Positions 39,186 through 50,860 of a stretch of 64,000 nt of DNA are shown here, piece after piece (position 1 is the first letter of the stretch; each line of letters starts with the position of its first letter). The DNA lies in contig JAUCBJ010000701.1 in NCBI GenBank assembly GCA_032718475.1, positions 1 through 64,000 on the forward strand, in the 5' to 3' direction. The stretch is from Nemertoderma westbladi. Taxonomy: Eukaryota > Animalia > Xenacoelomorpha. The notes under the pieces were generated by a model. It saw only the letters and a list, made by a program, of their open reading frames with translations, was not told where the DNA came from and did not search any database. The position numbers and the translations under genes are program-made.

Positions 39186-39679
39186 AGCCTATAATAAATT
39201 ATTGAATTTAACAGTACCGGTACCAACAGGTTAACATTACATCATATACAGATTATGTTGCATTTCTGACTAATATTACTAAAGTTATATCACTAGTCAA
39301 CTACTGTATGTGTTATTAGTTTGCGATGTATAGGATGTTTCGCAATACCATTACAACTATATTAGAATGATATCGAGAATACTTACTGTACATGTTACGT
39401 CTATATCATATTGTTAAATGTGTATGGTTTACCTAGCGCAATTGATTCTTTTTTAGAGAACTTGTTGTAAAAAAAATTATATTTTATTATATTTTTATAT
39501 TAACATCAAGATCATCACCAAAATAAAATTATATTATATCCCATCACATTAGAAGCTTAGAGTAAACCTACTGTACATCATTCACCGCAGTTATTTCTTT
39601 CTGTTTATCACCTGTCTCAGTTAATCGCTTCATTACATACCCTCCAATCCTTTTCGCTGAGCAGTAATTCAAGCAGCTA

Positions 39680-40135
39680 TCACCATCGAAAACTACATTT
39701 ATCTTCTACAGTAGTTAATTTATCGTGGAAGGGGCATGGAGTTAAATAATTGTAATATAGTCGAAATATTCCCAATTTGTTCATCGATTTTGGAGCGTAA
39801 ACATCAAGTTGGGTATTTAATATTGCGGCTTTCATCAACCCGAATACATATATATTATATTTATTTTTTAATTGTCTCTTCATGTACTTTTTAAAGTCAT
39901 CTTGCGAAATGTCACCGTAATCCCAAGGTAAATGCGATGTAATATTGCGTAAATTGTTTACGTGGGCTTCATCTAATGCCGATAAGTTAATATCAGGAGG
40001 TCCTTTAATTAAAAACGTCTTTATATTAGTTTTACTGTATTTAGAATCGAATATAGCAAATTCTTTAAATACTACCGGATATTCCTTATTGTCTATCTTA
40101 TAATATTGAAAATCAACAAAAATAATATTATCCAT
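39680..40135 (-). CDS. Polinton DEDD-family 3'-5' exonuclease-like protein (3' end probably frameshifted)
   Basis: FVDFQ...FKEFAI...LPWDYG...IYVFG..K...CPFH..C pattern seen in Maverick accessory nucleases. Confidence 0.6.
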   Translation of the reverse strand: MDNIIFVDFQYYKIDNKEYPVVFKEFAIFDSKYSKTNIKTFLIKGPPDINLSALDEAHVNNLRNITSHLPWDYGDISQDDFKKYMKRQLKNKYNIYVFGLMKAAILNTQLDVYAPKSMNKLGIFRLYYNYLTPCPFHDKLTTVEDKCSFRW

Positions 40136-40179
40136 TTTATCGAATAATATATTTAGATAAACAAAAGTTAAATGATTAA

Positions 40180-40635
40180 TTACAACGCAAGTTGGTTTAT
40201 TTTATAATAATTAACAAGCCATTTATATAATATTATTTCATTTATTTCCAAATTATTTGTAAACGCTGTTATTGGATAGTTTGTGTGAATTCGATTTACC
40301 AAGTAATAAAGACAGTATAACCCGCATGTGGTCCTTCTAGGGTCTTGAAATTGCCTGCGAGTAGTACACCACCTTGCTGCTGAATTTTTCTCAAGCCATT
40401 TTTCAATACATCTGTTTGGATATTTTGGACCAAACGAATTAAATAATTCAGCTTCATTATCTCGTATATATATAGCCACCCAATGAACACCTGGTAGATG
40501 CGCTTTATCGGTATTTACTATTAACCCATAGTCTCTTCGCTTATTATTATCTAATTTAGGTAATTTATTAGATGGAAACGCCCCCAAATAGTGACCACCC
40601 ACTGGAAACATATCAAGGTCCTCTGTAGATAACAT
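40180..40635 (-). CDS. Adenain-like cysteine protease
   Basis: GAFPSN.LP, IVNTD...PGVHWVA, FNSFG, Q...TTCGLYC. Confidence 0.9.
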   Translation of the reverse strand: MLSTEDLDMFPVGGHYLGAFPSNKLPKLDNNKRRDYGLIVNTDKAHLPGVHWVAIYIRDNEAELFNSFGPKYPNRCIEKWLEKNSAARWCTTRRQFQDPRRTTCGLYCLYYLVNRIHTNYPITAFTNNLEINEIILYKWLVNYYKINQLAL

Positions 40636-40637
40636 AC

Positions 40638-41897
40638 TTAATCGATATGTATTTCTTTCCTGCTATTTAAACTTAATGATTGATCATAAATATTAAAAAC
40701 GATTACATTTATGGTCTCAACCAACGGTTTGGCAAATCTTAATTTTAATTGTCCGTTAGTATATATTGATGGTTGGGGATCCCTAACATAACCGTCGGCA
40801 GTTAGGTCTCAGGATATGAGTGGGCAATTACCTAAGTAGGTTTCATGGTCTATATTATTACCTCCATAACCGTTAATATATGTATTAATGTTCTTCATTA
40901 ATTGAGTATACTCAAAAATAAATGTTCCATCTGTAAAATTAGGCTCGTATATTACACCACCTACTGGAAGACTGTCTACAATCAGCTCCGCGCGTTTAAG
41001 GTTAAAATGTTCAAATTTCAATGGGTTACTAGTTAATTCTCCCGAATATGAATTATTTGTTATAAAACCGATAATAACTAATTTGGGTTTTTTACCATCA
41101 AATATGTTTGTTTGGGTGTAATTTGTGGTTTGAGCGGGAATAGTAAATGTAGTAACCTCTTTTTTTTGAAATTGATATTCAATATTGTAGCTCTCTAAAC
41201 CTTTTAGATGGCTGCTTTCTATTACTGGATTAACCTCCATTCTAGGGATTAGGATCTTTACTTCATCTAATTCTAGCCGAAGATTTGTCACAGCGTTTGC
41301 GTTTGGAGTGATTTTAAAAATAAACGAATTTGATACTTTTCTAAAATGCATTCTTAAATCATACCCCGGTTGTATTATTTTACTTTCAGTATCAAAATCT
41401 ATCATCAATCCACTTACAAATTGCATTTGTTTACTAAAGGCATCGCCAATAGGATGCGCACCGGGATTAATTTCATTTCCGTGTTCGGATAAAGGCTGAC
41501 GAAAGCCGCCTGCCCCCAGTAGCCCATTTTTTGTTTCGTATGTTGTAAATAGTAAATTGGATAAGTACGACTTGTAGAAATAATGGTTATTGCTATTTTC
41601 AACCTGCTTCTCATTAAGGTCTATTTTAATATCACTCCACATAGTTCCAGAAGGGTAATTCAACATATAAATATGTGAGTTTTCAAGTCGTCTATCCTAC
41701 TGTACAGTACATTTTGTAATTAATAACGCATCTTGCAGTTTCGTATAGAATTCATTGGATCTCGGTACAAGAAACGTGACTTCCCTAGACTCGCTTCTGA
41801 GATTAGATACTGGGTAAATTGTTTCATAATGCTTTGCTTTAAATTCAGTCTGCATTGGCTGTGTAGAAAATAAATCTAATTCCTTAATAATTGACAT
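40638..41897 (-). pseudogene. Double jelly-roll major capsid protein with two in-frame stops
   Basis: ELDLFS..P.QT, YFYKSYL.NLL, NPLKFEHFNL, DLTADG; 420 codons with stops at 41697 and 40809. Confidence 0.88.
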
Positions 41898-41899
41898 TA

Positions 41900-42463
41900 T
41901 TAAAAAATACTTTTTTCGCAGTGTTTCAGTTTGCCTTTTTTTATTTTTCTATTTTTACTATGACGATGATGTATGTTCATAGACATTGGTCTAGTCGGTC
42001 GCTTTAAATCTCTATAAACTTTTTCTACAACTGATCTTGTTGATGGTTTCATTTTATTTAATGCTTTATTAATAACCGTATTAGCCTGCTGATGTAAGAC
42101 CCGCTTACCTTTTGGTATTACGTATTGTCTCATAAATTTTGTGGTAAATGGTAAAGCTTTTTGTAAAACGTTTTTTGCTAATGGCTTTCCAAATTTTTTC
42201 AATGTAGATAAAGCGTCTGTAAATATACCTTCTCCGTGTTGATTTGTCCGCATACCTCTGCGATAACGTTGAAATCGACGTTGTTTTAAGTTTGGACCAA
42301 ATGCACCAATTTGTTGACCGTAAGGGTCAATATATGATCCACCTCGAAAAACAGGAACTTGCGTCGAGCCTCTCGTACTTCTACCACCTTTAAAAACAGC
42401 AAGATTAGAGTCTGCACCGCCATATTGAGGTTTACTGTATCTTTGAAATAAATCGGAATCCAT
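41900..42463 (-). CDS. Basic virion core/cement protein (PW/pVII-like)
   Basis: K/R-rich; QYGG and QHGEGIF..L.. glycine motifs resembling adenain cleavage sites; lies between penton and MCP. Confidence 0.65.
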   Translation of the reverse strand: MDSDLFQRYSKPQYGGADSNLAVFKGGRSTRGSTQVPVFRGGSYIDPYGQQIGAFGPNLKQRRFQRYRRGMRTNQHGEGIFTDALSTLKKFGKPLAKNVLQKALPFTTKFMRQYVIPKGKRVLHQQANTVINKALNKMKPSTRSVVEKVYRDLKRPTRPMSMNIHHRHSKNRKIKKGKLKHCEKSIF

Positions 42464-42464
42464 T

Positions 42465-43306
42465 TTAATTTATTTTTTTAAAGTGTAAGGTAATAGAAGT
42501 TGTACCGTATTCAAAATTCAAATCTTTTCCTTCTTTGTCTGTTATTTCAATATGAATGTATGTTATCTTATATGATTTTTTTTACAGGGATATAATGAAT
42601 TGTATCCTTGGCAAATTCTTTATTTATTACACTACCATATTTCACGTCATCAGGTATCGCCACGCGACGAAGTAAAGCTAAACCAAAATCATTAATATAT
42701 TCATTCAATCATTAATATATTCATCGACTTAGGTTCTGGAATAGAATTGGGTGGTTGAGGACATAAAAATACCCTCTGGTAAGCTTTTTCTTCATTTCCG
42801 ATAATCTTTATTAAATAACCCTTTATATTATTTTTCGTCTTCAAAATAATTTTAAAATTTGGATTTAAATTCGCACCGAGATTATTTTCAGTAATTCCAA
42901 AATAATAGGCTAATTGTTGACCTATAAATAACTCTCGTACAGTTTTCCCTAAAATAAATTGCAACCTATTTTGCTGAGTATTTTCAACTATTTGTAATTT
43001 ATCTTTCAACGCCCCAGTATTAAAATAATCTATAATGTCATTAATACTGTAGAACAAACCGGATGGAAGTGTATCCTCAAAATTTTTTTTCCCTTTTTTT
43101 AATAAAATAACATTCTCTACATTGTTATACATGGATGTTAACGTGGCTAAGTAAAATATACTTTTTATACCTACCACCCAGTTTTCGTTTGGATTTATAG
43201 GTAAGGCACCATGGAAATTGATCTGATAATTACTACCGGTATTACGGGGAAAATCAATTGGACACGAGTTACTTGGTAGCCTAACATAGAATTCATCCAT
43301 CTCCAC
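42465..43306 (-). pseudogene. Minor capsid (penton) paralog 2, frameshifted near 42705 and 42580
   Basis: FYVRLPSNS..FPRNT.SNY, then ALLRRV...YIPV...IHIEITDKEG..LNFEYG...TLHF in alternate frames. Confidence 0.8.
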
Positions 43307-44162
43307 CGCATATTAACTTAAGTGTTATAACAGTGCGACCACCGTTGAAATTAATTAATTCACCTTGTCCGTCACGTAAAGTAATTAAGATTGTTTTTAG
43401 TTTTTTATTCAACAATGAGTAATAGCAAATGCTCTCGTATTCGTGATTAATATATTTTCGATTTAATTGTGTTAAAGGACAGGTTCTTAAGAGCGGAGCT
43501 AAAGCATCACCAACAAAAGAGCTCTCAATAATATCTGTATATATGAAGATTGTATCTTTATTACGAGTAATATTCGTAGGATCTGGAAAATCTAAAATCC
43601 CAATTTCCGAAATTTTTGGTCCACTATAATTTAAAATTAATATCGGCTGTTCTATATTGCTTAATTCATCCACTGTAGTGGTACTGTATATATCCCAATT
43701 CGGAATACCTGGATGATTCTGATCCAATAACTGTTTTAAGCCTAGAATTTGTATTAAATCACCGCGTAGACTTAATTGTATTTTTTTCAACTTTTTAGGA
43801 AATTTAAATTTAATTCTAGAATTATTTGTATTAAAAATGAATTCGAAATCTCTATATTTCGCTTCAGAATTAAACAGTTTATTTATATCATCAATAATGA
43901 CTTGAATAGAGCTATGCATACCAGGAAATAAACTGTATAATTTGGCATCTTTTGCATCTACCCCGATTGACAGTGAGATTTGAGTTTGCAAAGTAATATT
44001 ACTGTATGTTGCTTGATATTGAATCTCGGCAAGTCCAATTTTAGCGTTTGAACCAATATATAATTCTTCGGCTAAATCAACAGTAAACTCGCTAGGGTTA
44101 TTATTGGGATATGTGTTTAATGAGCTATCTGAAACTAGAGTGATATATGTATCTACAGCCAT
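43293..44162 (-). CDS. Minor capsid (penton) paralog 1
   Basis: YITLVSDSS..YPNN.PSEF, IGLAEI.Y, FIYTDII..SFVGD..APLLR, I.ITLRD..GELI.F. Confidence 0.88.
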   Translation of the reverse strand: MAVDTYITLVSDSSLNTYPNNNPSEFTVDLAEELYIGSNAKIGLAEIQYQATYSNITLQTQISLSIGVDAKDAKLYSLFPGMHSSIQVIIDDINKLFNSEAKYRDFEFIFNTNNSRIKFKFPKKLKKIQLSLRGDLIQILGLKQLLDQNHPGIPNWDIYSTTTVDELSNIEQPILILNYSGPKISEIGILDFPDPTNITRNKDTIFIYTDIIESSFVGDALAPLLRTCPLTQLNRKYINHEYESICYYSLLNKKLKTILITLRDGQGELINFNGGRTVITLKLICGGDG

Positions 44163-44175
44163 TATTATTATTATT

Positions 44176-44600
44176 TAAGCTCTCTCTGCTTGACTCCATT
44201 GTACATACTGTACTGTATAATGTTAAACTATAGACATCTGTGACCACGTTCATTGTTTCTACAGTATATGCGAGAGATCAATATTTAAAGCGAATGAACT
44301 ATAGATATTAGACTTACAGCATAGTAATATCATTTGAGTTAATATTGATTAATTACGATCATATGTGACCATTATTCGCTTAAGCTCTCTCTACTTGACT
44401 CCTTATACATACTGTATAATGTTAAATTATAGACATCTGTCACTGCGTTCATTACCACTTCTACAGTATATGTGAGGGATCAATATTTTACTAGCTTTAT
44501 TTAAAGCGAATGAACTATAGATATTAGACTTACAGTATAGTATAGTAATATCATTAGAGTTAATATTGATTAATTACGGTCATATGTGACCATTATTCAC
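44176..44600. repeat. ~205-bp tandem duplication upstream of the virion gene block
   Basis: TAAGCTCTCTCT.CTTGACTCC... units at 44176 and 44381. Confidence 0.8.
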
Positions 44601-44632
44601 GCAATGAATCAATATACAGTATAAACCTAAAC

Positions 44633-45680
44633 TTATTGAATATGCTGTACCCACGACTGTTTTTTGGATCCAATGAATCGGACTAAATATTCTTTTTTCC
44701 CATTGCGCACACGTTCTTTAAGTTTGCCAATATTTTTGTCAATCGGAAGATAAATATTACTACTCGGGTGGACCTTTTGGAGTTCGTATGAATAAAATGA
44801 ACCATTTATTATAGCACCAGCGCTGTCCTTAATATCGAACATTACCGCTGGTACTCTATCCAATCTGACCCAATGAATAATAAATAATTCATGTGTCCAT
44901 TGTTCTCGATAGCCTTTAGCAAAAGCAGTACACGCGATAGATAAACGTACTGTATCTCCAACTTGAAATTTTATTTTCTTGTGATTAATCTGTCTATATT
45001 TCCCATATAATCTATTAATTAATTCAGTTTCATTAAATTTATTAACTTCAATGGGAGTCATTTGTATAGTCCTATGAAATGACCTATTATAAGCAAAAAT
45101 AAGCTTCGGTAAAATTTTTATCCAAACATTATTTCCCCGTTGCGTGAAAATTTTGAACATCTTTGTTTTTAATGTTCTATTGAATCTCTCGACAATAGCC
45201 GCCTTATTCACAGAGTACATTACGTAATAACGTACACCAATAGTATCTAAATATTTTCTTACAGATTTATTTAGAAACTCAGACCGCGATTCTGTTTGGT
45301 TTACCTTTCTGGAATATATTTTGCAATATACTAATAATTTCAATACCTGTTTTTGTCTTCATACCATAGGCAAAAGCAAGCCGGCTAAAGGCATCACTAC
45401 ATGTTAATATATAGTTATAATTATTATTTTGTGATTTATATTGCTGCATATCCACCAGATCTATCATATATATATCTTTTAACCCTCCCGTAAATATTTT
45501 AGATGTTGGATAATGATGTCTACGTGGTGCGTGAAGGGAGTATGTCTTTTGCCCGCTCAACCATTTCTGAGCTTGAGATGGTTTGATGTTTGCGGCTTTT
45601 GCTAATTTTGCGATACTTCGGACACTCGTAGCGCCTGTAAAATAAAGGATTGTGATTGGATGCAGTACTAGCGTTGGGTG
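44633..45680 (-). pseudogene. Polinton rve integrase with C-terminal chromodomain-like region, frameshifted near 45280
   Basis: YSLHAP.R, IDLVDM, YILTC.DAFSR, KAAIVERFNRTLK, YN.S.H.TI.M.P, KGY...WT.E.F, YLVRF.G...SWV. Confidence 0.92.
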
Positions 45681-45989
45681 ACTAATAACGCCTCTAGCGG
45701 AAGATGCGGGAACATGAGAAGTTACCATGGTTACGGTTGAAATGCTGGCATCTGATTGGATGAAATAATAACGACCACTGGTAAAGGTTGAAATGGTGGC
45801 TTCTGATTGGATGCAGTACTAGAAATGGATGGTAATGATGGGCTATGGGTGACCTTGATGCGAGGGACTACAAACATATACTACTGGTTGAATCTCTCAA
45901 GTATATAATGCGGTATGTAAGTATCTATCTATTACAAAAATTTGTTCCACCACCATGCAACCTTCAATTGGCTTACTGTGAAGCAGCAT

Positions 45990-46190
45990 GCAAAGAATGA
46001 TATGCCGGGTTAAATACTGTGCAAAATTCCACCGCCGCAATTCCCTATCCCCATAATTATCAGCATCTCCAAGGCCAATGTCCTTTAAGAGGCGTCTTAA
46101 GAAAGTCATGAGGTGTCAAAGCGCAAGATTGTGCACAGACTCGCTGGTACTCACGGCGAAAGCAATGTCCTGCAAAGCGGAGGCGGTATA
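45990..46190 (-). mobile_element. RTE LINE 3' fragment (same family as 13541-14189)
   Basis: RLRFAGHCFRRE and MTFLRRLLKD.GL. Confidence 0.75.
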
Positions 46191-46465
46191 TATATATTAC
46201 ATGTATATTTATAGTATACATGTATGTATAAATGAGCATCACATTAGAAAGATTCAGTTTCATATCTATGCAAGAGTATACAGTTTATAAAAGTATAGGC
46301 CTACTAACAGTATATCACTTGAAGTAAAAGTGACTTATTCAACATGCTATTCATTACAGTAGGTATAATTATATAATCGGCTCCTTCCTTTTTTTGAAGT
46401 AAAGTAGTGCATAAAATGTTTCTTATAATTTTTTAATTTTTAAATAAATTTTATTTTTGTTACAG

Positions 46466-46654
46466 CTGGGAAATGCTATTTATTATGGATGGAGTGAGTG
46501 TGGGGATTCAACTAGCTACAAAATTCAGGAGAAAACGAAGGAATGCTACCTAGAGAAAGATATCATTATACAGTACTCCCACTCTGTAATAATTAACTCT
46601 AGACTTATCTATTTAACTTTTACGTTAATGATATATTATGTATTTCCTATTTGA
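46466..46654 (+). CDS. Possible terminal host exon with hydrophobic C-terminus
   Basis: Polypyrimidine tract plus TTACAG acceptor; open frame LGNAIYYGWSECG...LIYLTFTLMIYYVFPI*; no upstream exon identified. Confidence 0.25.
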   Translation: MGNAIYYGWSECGDSTSYKIQEKTKECYLEKDIIIQYSHSVIINSRLIYLTFTLMIYYVFPI

Positions 46655-47249
46655 TTTATCTCCTTGTTATATTTCTTTCCATGTTTCTCATGTTCGGTAA
46701 ATTCGCTATATTTTTGGATAAAAGTAAGTAGTGGTAATATTCAATATAAACTCGTAGTCTTATTTCAACAAATGTTTGTTTTCATGTTCAGTTGATTTAC
46801 TTTTGCTGCAATCCTGTAGTTCACAAATCGTTACACTAACAGCGGTGCCAGGGGGGGGGGGGCATTTTGCCATATTATCATTTAATAGTGAATGATTGAC
46901 AGCTATTCAGCAGTGGTTAAATATTCGTTCGAAATTATATATTTGAACCACACTTTTAGTTCAAGCACAGTTCAAACCAACAGTTTTGAACGTTGGAAGG
47001 AAGCATTATTGAACCTTTTCAAAATATTAAGCCGTTCAAAAGGAGTTCGTTAAATAATTAGTTGAACGGACCATTTTAGAACGAATATCTAACGTTTATA
47101 AGATGACGTCGAATCAACGTTTTGTGAGCGGGACAAATCCCTTCCTAGATGAACGTGTACAGTGAACGCACCTGGAACGTTATCAGAACAACGTTATCCA
47201 CGTTATTAGAACTATCTTAAACGTGAGGTGAACGTTGGTGTGCTACTAG

Positions 47250-47765
47250 GGAAGTCTAGGACTTCGAGCAGCACTTGAACAACAAAGCTGACAGGTTAAC
47301 TAGTCTGGGACTTCCAGTAGCACGGGAACAACTAAGCTGACTTGTTCACTAGTCTGGGACTTCGAGCAAAATTGCAAATTGAGAAGGGGGGGGGGGGGGG
47401 GGGGGGGTCGGGGGATTTGGCTTAACTTCTAGCTGTAAATGTAAAGAACATTTATTATTTGTTTGTATCAGTTATATATAATTACATCAGAACATTATAA
47501 TTATAATAATATAGCGGGGAACTGATATATATCGCATGTAGGCCTACTGTAATAACAATAGGTGTATAATGCATCTGCCTATACTGCTATATCTGTCCCA
47601 GACATGTACCAGACTAGTTAACCAGTCAGCTTAGTTGTTCACGTGCTGCTCGAAGTCCCAGACTTGTTAACCAGTCAGCTTAGTTGTTCACGTGCTACTC
47701 GAAGCCCCAGACTAGTTAACGTGCTGGTTTAGTTGTTCACATGCTGCTCGAAGTCCCAGAATAGA
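47250..47765. repeat. Inverted arrays of a ~53-bp unit (foldback MITE-like) with a poly-G run
   Basis: ACTAGTCTGGGACTTCGAGCAGCACGTGAACAACTAAGCTGAC units at 47250-47370, inverted at 47610-47765. Confidence 0.65.
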
Positions 47766-47913
47766 TAAATCAACAACATTAACGGATGAGTGAGTTAAAC
47801 CGATAAGAAATAATTTATTCTGATTCAATGAATTACATTAGTCTTACTCTATTCATGTATTCAATGTTAAAACAGATTTGAATTTACCGCCAAAATATAG
47901 GTCGCAGATCAGG

Positions 47914-49258
47914 GGCGGTATTCATAGAGTTAGTATTAGTTACAGCTACAGTACTTAGTGACAGCTTTTAGTAAGAGCTGCAACTATGTTTAGTAAGAGC
48001 TATCTGTTACTAAAAACAACTGATTTTAGTAAGAGCATTGACTTAACTTAGTTTCAACTAGCCCTTAAAAAATATCAGTATTCATAAAAGGTTACTAAAC
48101 TTAGTTCTAGCCTATTAGTTAGTAGCAGTGCCGGTACTTTAACTCATGTTTATCAAAAAGCTCTCAGTTTCAACTTAAGGTCGGTAGTTATGCCCTGCAT
48201 GTCTCTATGTTTACTGTTTTACTTGTACTGGTAGTCTACATTAAAACCCATTAATTTTATTGGTCACTAAAACAATTCCTGTTTTCCAGTAAATTTTTTC
48301 GTTATCAAATATATTATTTCCTCCACTCAATATAATTATCACTAAAATATATTTTCATCAAAAATAAATCTGATACGGCCTGTTGTAATAAAATCCCTTC
48401 ATTATTAGTGGCACTGTAACATGCCCTTTCCCACATTTTACCAATAATTTATAATTAATAGATTTTAGTGGAAACAATTTCATATATCCCAGGATGTCGG
48501 TGTAATCATTATAATTCAGTGTTGTTACGAGAGATGGAATCAGCACGAATACGGACTTGGATTAAAACATTTGGGAAAAATACGCATGCGTGTCAGCTGA
48601 CCATGCTATCACATTGTCTTGTTAAAGTTCTTTTACTGGTATCGGTGGCGTGTAATTCAGTGCCTCGATAATGCAAGAGGCATTTCCAGCCAATTGTGGA
48701 AACTGAATATTTTTTTAGTGATTTCCTGTTAAAATTATAGTGAAAAATTATTATTTTTAGTCAGTTAGTAAGGCGATAAATCAATTGGCTACCATTATCG
48801 AATACCATTATTTACATTCGGTAATAGAGATGAAAATAATGAAGTGGGAACGCTACCGCTTTTTCATCTTGCGAAAATTTTCGAATGGTAGAATTCTTTA
48901 GCGAAACACATTTTTCAACGGACGCGGACCGTTCGGGAGCAATCTCACCATTCAAGAATGTGAGTTGAAATTTGAAAATTTAAGTCGGATATATGTTTAA
49001 AAAACAACAAGCTTTATATCGTTACATTTGACAGTTTCTCTGCAACAACACATTTGCAATGAACACAGAATGCTAGAAAAACAAGAGAGAGTATAATGTG
49101 GACAGAGTCGTCAGTAACATAATAACCATACTGTATGTATGAAGGCCAACATAGAATAAGTAAGCGTTCTTACCAACTTAGTCACATCTTCATGTGACTA
49201 GAAATTTAAGTTACAGCTAATACTAACTTAAGTAAGACTAAATTCTATGAATACGAGT
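47914..49258. mobile_element. Probable Harbinger-like non-autonomous DNA element
   Basis: Imperfect TIR GTATTCATAGA.TT / AATTCTATGAATAC; TSD not clear. Confidence 0.45.
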
Positions 49259-49589
49259 TTAGCAACAACTAGTACAGTACCGCTTTCAAATAACGTCGTA
49301 TTGGTTCCTAATAGGATCCTATTAGGATCCAAGTCACTGATTTACTACTATTGGAGTTAGGATTTAATTGGAAATTAAATTTAGCCCAAATTCCAGACTT
49401 GGAGGCACTTAGGATTTGACTTGGATTTCATTAGGAATTTACTTGGAAATCGGCGCTTACTTTGATGTCTGGAAGGTGGACTGACTCAGACTATGCTTGT
49501 GCTGGTCTACTTCTTCTCTATCCTGTCATACATTAAGATGTATAGAATGGACTAGACTCAGCATAAAGTTTGTGTAGTGTTCAGTTCAT

Positions 49590-50860
49590 TACACGTTCGT
49601 GGGGCCTTCGCGCAGCACGAGGCCCAGTTATGAGATACAAATTAAAATTGTGCGACTGTATCACAAAATCAGGTTATGAGAGATTAACCGACACCACCAA
49701 TTAATCAAAGAAAGGGGGACAGTACGTGTTCACCCGTTTTAATCTGCACCCCCCCCCCCCCCCTCCCCCCACCCACCAATACATAACCGCGACATCTACC
49801 ACCCACGGAAGGGTAGCACGAACTTATTTCCAAACGCACGTTCAATATGCAAAGCCAGGTGGTTTATAGGAATATAATCAATGCAGTACTCGTCTTCATT
49901 ATAAGCCTCTTTGCGTTCGACCTGTTTTGTATTAAAATATATTTATTAAACGCAGGCTGACGCTCTTTATAATAATAATACCTAGGGTTGCCAGCTTCCA
50001 GACTTTCAATCTTTACTGCCGCGCAAACCTGCTGTTGCTGTGCAAGTGCTGAAGTGCTAGTTGCCACCGGTCAGCCGGTACCGGTAGTAGGGTGGTACCT
50101 ACGGTGCGCACTACAACGGCAGTACAGCAATACGGTGTACCGTGCCAATGACTGAATGATTAGCGGTAACTATCTAAACTATTATATTATTATTACCGGT
50201 GCCGGTACTGGGCTAATTAGGCCTAAACTATAATCACCGCAAGGGTTGCCGGGGCCATGTTTAATTAGATTACATGATATGGCATGTCTGCAGTGTATGG
50301 TACCGGCTGACCAGTATTGCAGTATTGACTGATTCCAGGAATCTCGATTCAGGGATTGAGTACAGCCTGACAGTACCGGTACACATGGTACATGCAGATT
50401 GGCAGAGAGCCCCAATGTATTGCAAAATTTGTCAGAAACCCAGCTGATTTATCCTACAGTAATAATAATTTAACGCATTTTAAATTTGGATAAATAAATT
50501 TATTATAACTGCAATAACAGTTACACTGATGCTGCACGAAGGCCCCACGCAAATTCTAATTGGAAAATTTTCAAACTTTTGCCAAACAACATGTGTACCA
50601 AGTTTGGATAGATTTCATCAAGGATTGGCCGAGTTATTAACGTTTAAAATAAAATACTGAAAAAAAAACGCGACAGAACGACAGGTTGATTAATGGTACC
50701 CCTACGCTAAGGCTCACTCACTTCGTGGCTCTCCCCACAGGTTGATTAATGGTACCCCTACGCTAAGGCTCACTCACTTCGTGGCTCGCCCCACAGAACG
50801 ACAGGTTGATTAATGGTACCCCTACGCTAAGGCTCACTCACTTCGTGGCTCGCCCCACAT
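49590..50860 (+). mobile_element. Helentron-associated (HINE/DINE-like) repeat; related copies at 56270-56800 and inverted at 63357-63620
   Basis: Subterminal inverted repeat GTGGGGCCTTCG / CGAAGGCCCCAC, TGTACCAAGTTTGG core, tandemly repeated 3' end. Confidence 0.55.

Larger units (their letters stand above)
32460..45885. mobile_element. Polinton/Maverick (adintovirus-like endogenous virus), degraded and left-truncated
   Basis: pPolB, adenain, major capsid, pentons and rve integrase co-located; right terminus ACTACT at 45880-45885. Confidence 0.95.
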
